Assembly: GCA_051362555.1 (NCBI GenBank)
Contig: CM120640.1
Coordinates: forward strand, 16,554,001-16,618,000
DNA length: 64,000 nucleotides
Reading direction: 5' to 3'
DNA from: Lingula anatina
Taxonomy: Eukaryota; Animalia; Brachiopoda
The notes beneath the pieces are model-generated. The model saw only the letters and a program-made list of their open reading frames with translations. It was not told where the DNA came from and searched no databases. Position 1 is the first letter of the stretch; every line of letters starts with the position of its first letter. A program made the translations under genes and the position numbers. This document shows positions 25,801-37,800 of the stretch, piece after piece.

Positions 25801-28800
25801 GAATGATACTTATGGTCCCACAAATCAACACATAAGGCATGGATAAAACTAATCTGATTATTACATAAAATAACTTAAAACTGTCTGGAATTTGGATTCT
25901 CCTTAGATTTCTATATATGGTGGGTAAGCAGTTAATTTTCACAACACAACTATTAGTAATATGTCAAGGACAGTTAGAGAAAATAAAAATAGCAAAAATT
26001 TATAGAGATAAAGGTCAAAGATGCTAATCATCCACAAATCTCTGAGTATTAAATAGATATTTACAATAAAAATGCCACAAAAGATGAAACGAATATCAAA
26101 TTAGATGAAAAATGAATGTACTGATATATACAGCAATTATTTCAACATCTCTACAATAAACATTACACATTTCTGTCTAAAGTCAACACAATTACAGCTA
26201 CGCTGTGTTGGACAAATGAGAAATACGAAGCGAGAGAAAAAGCATTTCAGTCTGGGAAGGTTCTAAAGTTATGCAAGCAGCATGCAAGTATTTGGCAGAA
26301 AAAGGATGAAATGTAACAGCTTATTATAAATATATATATTGACTTGCATAAATGAAGTAAGCCATTGGCAAAACACCTATTTTGTTGCTTGTTCATCATT
26401 AAAGCAACAAGATATACCAATTTGGTTGGTAATTATAAAAAATATTGCTATGTGACAAATCTATTTCACTTGAAATGTCTTTCATAAAAAGTTTATAAAA
26501 AATCAATGCAGCTGTTACTGAAACCAAACAAAAAAAGGCTGCTCTGATTTTGTTAAGCCATCAAATTTAATTTCTTTTTACCTAGGAAATGTAGGTTTCA
26601 GCTTTTCTTATATATTTCAAAAATTGATAATAAATACATAAATGTAGAATTTTAGGTCAGAAATAATAAAGTAAAGCCTTACTGTGGACAATTATCTATC
26701 ACAATACAGGATTTTGTTGTTCCTTGAATTTTAAAAAGGTTTTTGAATGGTATAAAAATGGAAAGCATAATTGGTAAGCATCATTGTAATAAGAATGCAA
26801 CAAAATATATGTTTATTAAGAAAAAACTGCAGTTGACTCATTTTCTTTTTTAAAGATAAAATTACAAACAGACAAATCTTTTTCTTTTTTAAATGGATCA
26901 TATATATGCTCTCTTATCGGCAGATACCAACACAGCATCTTTCAATACTACCAAATATGCACTGAATGTAGAATTAGAAAAAAATAATTAACCCTCCCCC
27001 CAAAGAAGTCTATATCTAGCTGATTTAAACAAACAGACAAACAAGCAAACAGAAGGATTGTGAATAAACATGTTTATCATGTCACTGAGTAAAATTGTCT
27101 GATATGATTGGTTAATTGAGAATGCAGAATATGAAAAAATATATACCTTATCCCTATGAAGTTTATTTCAATTACTTACAGTGTATGGCATGATACTTGC
27201 CATGCACCTATAGCTGGTAATTAACATCACCTAGATGGCACTCTGCCTTATATAGTATCACATATTGTCAATGATTAAAACCAACCTCACAGACTGGGAC
27301 TATTGTATATATAATAAAGGGTCAGTGAAGAACACAAAATATTTTTATTTTCGAAAAATTTAAATCAGTGACATGATAAATTTGGTTTGCAGTTACTTAC
27401 TAAAATGTACACAAAAAGGTGCAGAATCCATAAAAAATCTCTATTCAGACTTGCCTGGCACCTCGCCCAATACAGATTATTTGTGGACCCTATACCATAC
27501 ACTGTGCCCTTATCTCAGTAAGTAAATGCCTAGCTTAAAGTATCATGCAAACAATGTTAGGCAGAAGTGTGGGTGTTAGAAAGAAATCTGCTGCAAATCT
27601 CTCACACCTGGTTATCAAGTTGGCATAACACACACACACAGCTACACAATAAAAGAAGCAAAATTAATGCACTAAATATTATATTTTTTACATGAAATAA
27701 AAAGAAGAGCTGCCTATAAGACAAGGAGAATTGGCTTTTTTGTACATGTAATTTGCTACAAAAACCTAATTCTAACTAATACTACTGTGTTTACGACCAA
27801 TTTACAACACCCATTTCACACCAGTTAAAAAACTGTCAGTGACATATTACTGGCAGCAAACCAGCCTAAAGTTTTTGTCTTGAATGGGTTTCTCAATTTT
27901 TGTTATATAATTGTTCAAATTCAAGAGATGAAAAAAAAAACTTTTATGTCTATTGACCATGTTCTTAAGGTTGTCTTGACGTAACACCAATGTTGGTACC
28001 GAGTTACTTCTCACTTCTTGTCACCCTGCATTCGGATACTCTGGTCCACTGCATTACACATAGGACTTAAAATAACTATGCCCAAAATGTGCCTCATAGG
28101 TAAAATGTTACCCTGTCTACAAATTAAAGCCAATTGAGACTGGTTGGTTGTTTCAATCAATAAGCGTGCGAACTGGTTGGCCAGGTGGGATATCGTCGGT
28201 GCTTGATTTTAAACAGAGCCTCGTGATAGTCTGATTTAATGCAATGACAGCGTGCGATGTTGTTGACGTGACAGCGACATGTGCAATCAGGGGAACATAA
28301 AAACTTCTTCAAATCATCTGAAAGAAACAAACCAAACCAAATACCAAAACCGAAATAAACTTAAAGCATGGGCAAAAGAAAGGAAATAAAAATATATATA
28401 CAGTAATAAGAGAAATAAAAAGACAAAACAAGAGCTTTAAGGTTTTAAGTAAATGTGTGAAATTTTTTGTAACAGCACTGGTCGAAAAAAAAACTTTTTT
28501 GGTATGTTAAATTCAAACACCAAATGTTTAAGATTAAAGGGAAATTAGAACCATCAAAATTTCTGTCTAAAAGGTATTCTTTTGTCTTAGAATTATACCA
28601 GCAAGAACATTTTACAAATAACATGAATTGCAAATGCCACATTACAAGATGCCCAACAGCCCAAGCAGTATTTCTATACATCTAATGAATACATACTAAT
28701 ATAAATAATAAAACAAACAATAAGTAAATAAGTTAAATAAGTAAATAAATAGATAAGACAAAGAAATTTTCCAAGCCAAATAAAATATTATATTTGTCAA

Positions 28801-31800
28801 TCATGTTTAATGCACCATCATACATAACTGATTCAACTTTTAAATGACTGTTTATTCTAAATACAGCACTACAGCACAGTATACACATCATACCACAATT
28901 ATCAACAGTCTTTAATTTTTACATAAACTGATCATAGAGTCAAAGAACAAATAACTGGACAAGTACCAGTGGAATCCAGTATTGTGATCTAAAAAAAGAT
29001 CCAAATAAAATTGCATTTAAAAAAGAAAACAAATATTAATTTATCTCAACTTACAATTTTAATACAAAGTACTCAACAACTTTGTTGTCATCTCTTTAAA
29101 AAAATCTCTTAAGAGGGTTCGGTACGTTAGGACTTTTGTTCTTATCCACTTGTCATATTATGATTTTCATCCAGACGAATTTGGTTATTTTAGCTGATGA
29201 TGTAACAGCAGCATTTTTTCAGGTAAAAACAGATCTCCCTCACCTGAACATCTATCAACAGCATTTTTAGAACTATTCAATAACAACAATGATTTAAACA
29301 ATCATGCCAGGAAATTTACTTAAAATAATACCATTATTTAATGGAATATTGTAATTCAGGCTCTTATCTCCTGAATGAAAATATTTCAAACCAAACTGGC
29401 ACTGGATTGTACATCACACCCTAGTCAACAACCATGCCAATTTTCATGATAATTACTTATTTAGTTACAGAGTTACACCGAGTTACATGTACCGAACACT
29501 CTCATAACAGTGTACAAAGCAGCAACATTGACAATTAAAATTAAACAACCATGTGCAACGGGTGAATAAAGCACCAGAAAAGGGAGTTTGTGTTCTGATA
29601 GGTGTTAATTTTTATTGTGCTTATATTAAGATAAGTATTTTACATAAAGAAACGGGAAAAAAGGCTTCTTTGCCAAATATAGGCATTATAACGTATCGAA
29701 CCCTTTTAAACTTTGCATTTAAAGAAGAAGAATGAGCCAAAAACGAAGTAAAATTATCATTTATCTGTTCCTCTTTTTGGTCCTTAAAGCTTCTACATAT
29801 CAGGACCAAGATTACTTCATTGCTGTGTACATACACTGTAGCAGGAAAGCCCAACCAAACACAAAACAAAAGACTATTGTATTCAAAGTAACATTACAAT
29901 ATAACATACCACATTTGTATCTACATATCTATATTAAAACTCAACACAATTTGAGTAAAATAGTTTCCAAGAAATTCAACTGACAGGATCACTGCCAGAC
30001 ATTTGACATAATCTATTAACATTAAAAAATATTAAACGTGAATAACAAGATGACAACATCAATGGTACATTTGGCATAGAGCAAGTTAGAGGGAATACAT
30101 ATCTAGCGATGCAAAATCATCACTTCTAGGAATAAAATGAAGATAAATATTACAGTACATCAGATATGTATTATATGTGAGTGAAGAAAAATGACTGTTT
30201 GGATTCTCAGGAAAAATAATTACAATTAAATGTAATGTCACAAATATGTCTCAATAACTTTGTATATAAAGTACAGGGAAACTAACAAAAGAAATAAAGA
30301 ACAAATAAAGAGATAAGCAGTCTCCCTTAAAAATTAATGTACAAGGGTATCTTGTACATGCCGGTTGTTCAAAACAAGGAATTAGATAATTGTTCTATCT
30401 AATTCTTTGTTCAAAGTAAGCAGGAAGAAACAGTTAGTAATAGGTATGGCTTTTATATAACAACATACAAACAGTTCAGTTTTGCTTAATCAACACCTTT
30501 ATTTCATTTTGCTGAGGGTTACAAGACAAACACATATTACTATACAATATCTATAGCAACTACTTTCTACCAATAGCAGCAGATACATCCAACTCTCCTT
30601 AATTACTGTAAAAATCATGTATAATATATTTTAATATTTATATATCCATACACAGTATAAAACCCACACAAAAAGCCAAAACTGTTTTCTGCTTATGAAA
30701 TAAGTAAAAGATATAGCATATAACCCTGAAACCTGCCACAACAAATAATGATCATCAAAACAAACAAAAATATAAGCAGCCTCCCTCAAAACAAAACCAA
30801 ATTGTATCAACAAAATAAAAATCTCAAATCCTATAATCAAACTTGATTTTGGCATCCTGCAGCACTCAAATGCTGGTTTCAGAAAGCAGTTATATTGAAA
30901 AGCTGACACACGTGGTGGGTTGGGGGTGGGGGGGTGGATTGTCCTAAAAGACATAAATGTCAGAACGCCAGAACAGGATTGGCAAGAAACTGGTGAATCT
31001 TCTGATATTAATGCTTTCTGGCTGGTGGAAGATTTGCTCACAGGGCTTCTCCAAGCAAGCTCAATATTAAGGACCAAAACTATAACACTGATTAATAACC
31101 AAGTGGCACTAAGGAGCACCTTTGTAACAGTGACGTTGTGCTGGTTAACTATCTGGGGTACAGCCAAAGGGTGGCAGCCAATCAAATGGTGTGTACTAAC
31201 CAGACTATTCCATGCCTTTTGGAATGAGTGATTATATCTCATTGAATCAACAGTGTATCAACTCCAACAAGTGTGTGCATGCGCACACGTGTGTGTGTGC
31301 ATGTGTGTGTGTGTGTATGTGTGATTGTGTATGTGTATGTGTATATACGTGTGTGTGTCTGTGTGTGTTTGTGATTGCATGTGCACATGGACATGTGCGT
31401 GATCTGTGGAACAACTTTCTGTTCGCTATTATATTTTTATCAGGAATGTTCACAAACTGACAAATTTTCTGACAAAAAACTTTGAATAGCCAGACTTCAA
31501 ATCTAATATATTAATCCAATAAAACAACTTGACTTTGATTTGGTAATGAATTGAAAAGATTGTACAGTAACATATCTGATTAGTCATATTGGGTTGACTG
31601 TTTTAAAGTATAAAATGACATATCCCTGTACTTTTAATTTTTTTTTTTTTGAAGTTAGCTTTTACATTTTAAAAGTACATGTAACATAAAACAATTGCCC
31701 TATATTCTTCAACAGTTCTTTTGTTGAAAAATTAAGATTAAGACATGCATTCATTCTAATGATGATATATGATACAATATAGGAAATGTGCAGCAAGCTT

Positions 31801-34800
31801 TCTGTGTAATATAGCCCCTAACAAAATTAAGTCATTTCCATTGTTTTCTTCAATAAACAGTAAACCTGTCTTCAAACAAGCAATATCCACTGATACTGAA
31901 TTTTTATAATTAAAGCATTTTTAACAGAATTTTTCAATAAATTTTATTCTTCAGTTGTTTGATGCCTTTGCACATTCCCTACATGATGAAAAGGACACAG
32001 AAAAATCAAACTTTGTGTATCCTCGATAGTTCAAAACAATTTCTGAAACAATCAAAAGAACTTACTTGATGAGGGACTAGTCCTGCCGGTGGACATGGCT
32101 GAGTTGCTGCGTGAGTAAATGTGTTGTCCAGAGGGTGAGTGCTGCATCATGCATGAGCTGTCGCCACAAATGTGGCCCTTGTTTTTGGGAAGATTGCCTG
32201 CACACTTCAACAGACTGTAAACAGGGTCGATCTCGTGGTTTGCTGGCAATGAAAAGTAATTAGATTTCTACAGTTTTCAGAAGTTTACTGGTCATTCCAA
32301 TATTTTGTTAAGTGAGGTTGCAAAAAAAAAAAAAAAAAAAAGTGCAACAATCTGAATCAGACAGTCTATTTTTCTTTCAAATTATGCCTATAGGCAACAA
32401 AATTAAATGGTATTTATAAATATAGGGAGTTACCTCCACAGTAAACATATCATTAAGTAATGAAAATGATTGGCATAACTTCTAAAACTACTTGCAAATA
32501 CCAAGAGGGCTGCTTGAATAATCAAGATTGAATTAAAATTGATAAATAAAAAGAATGAGAGTTGTTTTTTTCTTCTGACTGTCAGTAATTAAAAAAAATG
32601 GTGTAATGCCAGCTTGTGGTTGCAATGGCTACACTGCCATCTGGTGGTTTTAATACCACCCAGTGGATACAGAAACACCAGAACCAGTGAAATCAATACC
32701 ATGTATCCATGGTTCTTCAGACTTACCTGGCTGCTCATCTTCCTCTTCCTCTTCCTTTGATGGCTTTTTTCTCATTAAGCTCCTCCTCAGTGACTAAAAG
32801 GAAAACATATACACATAATTAACTAAGGTGAATTTATTTTGGTAACTATTTAGTTTGTGACAGCCTCAAGTAAGAGTTTGCAAAAAATATAAATTGCTGC
32901 AAAATTTGGTGAAAACACAGAAGTATGCCTTTTTTTCAGTAGCAGCAGGTTTGCAAAGAAACAAAATATTCATATTATTGTCTGTCCACTCAATGGAATG
33001 TGTTAAATACATGCACACTTTAATCTGTTTTCACATAATTAAATCTAATGTATTATATCTATTATAATGATACCTATCTTCAGGATTTTATATCATCAAT
33101 AGTAGCAATATCTATTAAGCAAAAGACAACACAGTTAGTCACTGTATAATATCATAAAAAAATGCATCTGGCACCAACTATAATTATAGACACTTAGGCT
33201 TCGTTCACATGCAATGTCTATTTTCTAAATTCTATTTTCTATTTTCGGTATGTCTTATGATCACGGTCTGTGCACTGAATATCCCGCGGCGTAATTACTG
33301 GCAGCGCGAGCCAGTTACTATAAGTTACTGTAAGTAACTGGCTCGCGCTGCCAGTAATTACGCAGCGGGATATTCAGTGCACAGACCGTGATCATAAGAT
33401 AGCGCGAATAGAAAATAGAATTTAGAAAATAGACATTGCATGTGAACGAAGCCTTATTAGGTCCTCCTGCCTTTTGCTGACAAATTAAGTTAATTAACTG
33501 GCCATTACATGTCAAGAGCACATCAAGGCTCTATTTGAGTGAATCCCATAGGTAATAGCCAGGCTATTTAGTTTTCAGTTTCTTAAAATATACCTGTAGA
33601 GACTGTTTTGCTTAAGTATACCCCTCCATGTGAAAAGGGCCCTACTGAAAATCTGGGTATATCATTATGTACACTAGCTATCAGGTGAATTTCATGAATC
33701 TGATGTATGTGGCAGGGATGAAAATAGTCATACAAAAGACGATGTGCAAATTTATAGTATGGCATAAACGCAGGATGTTGTACATAACATATGAAAAGGA
33801 AAAACATAAATTAGATAGCTGATCCTGTTTTATTATGTATCTTTTATTTTATCATCTGCCCATGTTTCCAGAATTTGCATATACACAAAGCGTGTAACCT
33901 GCACAAATTGACTTAAACAATAATTGTGATTCACAACAAAATGTAAAGATGATCTCATCTAAAATTTTTTCTTATCCTAATGGTTACAGTGCATGTTTGC
34001 AAATGCTCACATTTCACTTTTTTCATAACTCACCCCAAGCCTTGTGGACCTCCCAACTTCTGGTTCTCCAGCCTCTTTCTCTGGCTGCTCGTCTTCCGTG
34101 GATTTTTCCACATCTTTTTCAGCTGCTGTCTGTGTTTTTTCAATGGTGCTGCTACTCCTCTTCAGGTTCTTGAATGCCTTTTTCCACATGCTTTTGATAG
34201 ATCCAGCACTGTGCAAGGGCTTGCTTGCCTCTTTCTCTTCTTTGGCCTTGCTACTCATGTTTCCATTCTGTTTGGGTGACAACAGTTCAATCTGAAAACA
34301 GGTGAATATAAGGCACGGTATTAGACCTAGTGGTGAGAGATTAAGAAATTAATGCATCTGCATGCCAGCAACATCCTCATTTTGCTCCCTACATAGATAG
34401 GCAATGTGGTTTTAAGTGCATAAAAACAATTCGTTTGGCAAAAATTCTTAGAAAACTGATGGAATGCTTTTGCCCCAAATTATAATACACATGTACTACA
34501 TGTGTTAGCTGCCAATATTACAGCACTGCACATAAACTGTAGCTGCTTTTATGATATTTCATAACAGAGCTTACAAATTACATCAATGAATATTCCACTA
34601 CAGTAATAAGGGAAATTGTACCACATGTACAGGTACCTCAAAACAAAGTACTGAAAGTTAATTTTTTTTTCAACAGTGTCTTCACTGCTACAAGGTGTTG
34701 TAATTCAAATTTCACTGAATCAAAACCTATACAGCAGTTACTTTGAATTTCATTTGCCCCCTTTTTGTGATATATTTTTAAAAGATTAACCACTTTCAGA

Positions 34801-37800
34801 TGATCAAAAAAAATGTTCTTTCTGACAAGCAGCCAACTAAATTTTCTCAACTTTTGAATTTTAAAGTTTAAAAAAAGATTAAGGTTTTTCTAACAAAACA
34901 AGTTTTGTAGAAAATTATATTAATCCATGTTTGAATCTATTGAGTAAATACCATATATAACAGCTTTCCTGCAGTAAATAATAGCATGCATTGACCACCT
35001 TCTGGTGCATTTTTCTACAGGTACAGGTATAGGTATCTGGTCAACAAAACCCCTTGCTATTTTAGTATCCTGCTGATGCTCTCTCAAAATACCCAAAGAA
35101 ATGAATTCTGACGCTTCCCCCACAGTTCCTGTACTTCTGTATCCTATTCCTACTCCACATTACTTGAGAGTTATGGATAGCCTGTAAATACGTATGTTCA
35201 TTTCCTTTCCATTTCATTAGCCCAGGCTACAGACCTAGTTCCTAGCCTAGTTCCTTTTCATTAACCCAGACTACAGACCATACTGGTACACATCTTTATT
35301 CTACCATTAATGCTCCAGTAAATCTTCAAAAATGTATAAATTCTATGGAGAGAAGTCCCTATGGATATTAATAACCATGCTAAGAAAATGATTTTTTTCT
35401 TGGCCCAAGACCTATCTCCAAATGGAAATAACCACATTACATTACATAACAACATATGACGTTTGTCTTCCCATGCAGTAAATGACTGAGGACTTCACTT
35501 AACCTTACATTATCTAAAAATAAGTAGGTGAAGGTGACAGATCAGTTCAAGAAAGTACATTCAATGACAATGTATATAATTATAACCGGCAAACCAGCTA
35601 TGATTGGTTTTATAAAAACTATTGTATAAACTTGCTGTTCAAATTATCTTTGCCGATTCAGGATCATCTTAAGAGCAAATTAACTAAGGCAACAAGTAGG
35701 GAAATGAACATAACCACAGAAAATTATACCTCATCCTTACAGGAAATTATAGGCTCACAACTAGTTTTATAAATGAGGTTCCTGTGATAGAGCTTAAAGT
35801 GTTTTCTAGAAATTCTAATTTTATCTCATGAAGCTAAAAATTATCACACAAGAAATTTCCTGTACTGTTACAATAGAAAATAAATTGCACAAAGTAAGAA
35901 TGGTATATTCCATATGACCATGACATTTGATATACTCACATAAGATACTTATACAAATGATAACAGTCATCAAAGCACATTTTTTTCTCAATACTCAGTA
36001 CCTCAAGATGACTTGGTCCTATCATCCTTGCTATTTGACCACTTCAATGACCACTACAAATGACCACTTCAGTGACCACTACAATGACCACTTCTCTCCA
36101 GCAAACTACTCTATCACTGATGTAAATGGCTATCTGACATTAACTCAAATCTCTAGATCCAGGAAGTTTATTCAGTTCAATTCTCAACATACCTGGAAGT
36201 CATGGAATATCTACTGACTGAATATATATATATATCTCATTATTTCAGTGCTTAGTGCAAAAATACTTTGCAATCTTTCTATTTTTCTTCAAGAACACTG
36301 CCTGAAATTATGACTCACTTGGATGAATCGATTTTACCAAGTTAACAAACAGGAAACACTGTGAAATCATTGACTGACTCTTAAGAAGTAATTTTACCTG
36401 TTCACAGATATCGCTAATCTATCTGGCTGTTTTTCACCTGATTGAATATCTTCTTAAACTCAGTCCACATGTTGACGACGACCTGTTTCTCATTACATTA
36501 CTCAGATACTTTTTTCATTCCAATATGGTAGTCACAGGTGTGAAGAAGATCAAATTTCTGTGGAACAATATGACTCAAAACTATTCACCTTCTCACCTGC
36601 CCAGAGGGTATGTGGTTACAAGCAATTCCAGTGCTACCTTTACTACCTGCCTACCAAAACAAGAGGAGAAAAACTTACCCTGGAACTCACTTCATTGAGG
36701 TACTTTATATCAATGAAATTTCTACTGAAATTTTGTTAAATGTTCTGTTTAATGATACCTTTTCTTGATAACCACTGACATCAGAACTCAATATTTAAAT
36801 TACTCTTTGGAGTATTCCCTAGAAATACTCAGAAAGTGAATGTTTCAAACATCTGCCATTTCATCTGAGACAGTGTAAATCGTACAACATGTATAATCAG
36901 AAAGCTATCCTTTGTCATGACTGATCCAATAACCTATCAATAATGTGGTCAATCAATCACATTAACATGACTGATGCGCTGTTCATGTTAAATCATACTT
37001 ACAGCACTGAGGACCACATCGTGAAAGCTGTACCTGCGTCTTACAGGTCTTCTTCTTTGCCACTGGGGACAGGTATGCATGCTCGATGGATCTACACTCG
37101 GAGCCATATGATAAATATCTTTTTCCACTTAATCTAGCAAAATTTCTCAACGGGTCAATAATATTCCGATTCTTAGTACAAAATCTGCCTTGCTTAGAAT
37201 CATCAAAAATATTTCCTACAGCGTTGGTTGTTCTCGAAAATAATGATTGAATTTCAAAATGTACTCTGTTTTTGAGGCAATTTTGTTGTTTTTGTTCAAT
37301 GTTTGAAAACAAATGGAGCAAACAACCACTGAAATTTCACTTCCAGGTCAATGCATGTGCCTGATTGGATGAAAAACATGTTAGTTAAAATCTGGAAAAA
37401 CTCTTTCTTTTGCCACAAACAAAACGAAAGAGGCATATTTGCTTTATTCTTAGCAACTGCTCAACACATGCCACTTGAAATGTAAATTTTTCCTCTTAGA
37501 AATCAAAACTGTATACTTAATTTTTCTTTAGAAACAAACATTTTACCTGTATGGAAGTAAACTGTTTACATTGGTTATGTCTGTCTAGCCAATTTTAAAC
37601 AGGTCAAACACCTTCTTTGCCAACTGGAACATGTTGCCAATTAGGCATTAGCTTTGAAGCTAGTTCAGCAAAGTTGAAATTTCAAAGTGTCACTGTCTTC
37701 ACTAACAGTTTTTTCTGCCTAACTACACCACTGAGAGAAAAGAAATCTGTGAGTCCATGCACTGATGTCAAGGCATAAACCAGGAAGAGGTTTACATGTG

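Noticed and set aside
16684-28199. Shared 11-mer GATATCGTCGG at about 16684 and 28189 as a docking/selector signal
   Set aside because: Same orientation, and exact 11-mer matches are expected by chance many times in 64 kb.
30631-31242. Longest ORF in the track (203 aa, minus strand)
   Set aside because: No recognisable domain and an intron-like AT-rich 3' half. Its internal acceptor (about 30943) is in frame only in phase 2, which does not fit the phase-1 array. A small exon cannot be fully excluded.
31212-31460. CV/HT-repeat ORFs (also at 48416, 52969, 53064, 62864 and 62987)
   Set aside because: These are translations of microsatellites.
32590-32690. Intronic frame ..RWQCSHCNHKLALHH as a C1 relic
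   Set aside because: Wrong C/H spacing, no splice sites and no first half of C1. It overlaps the CTCF-like motif and is likely chance.
33949-34295. Plus-strand ORFs overlapping the 34 kb exon (also at 52336, 54387, 54613, 11298 and 63293)
   Set aside because: Antisense shadows of real minus-strand exons.
36036-36094. CRISPR-like or regulatory array
   Set aside because: A simple 12-bp minisatellite without spacers, in eukaryotic DNA.
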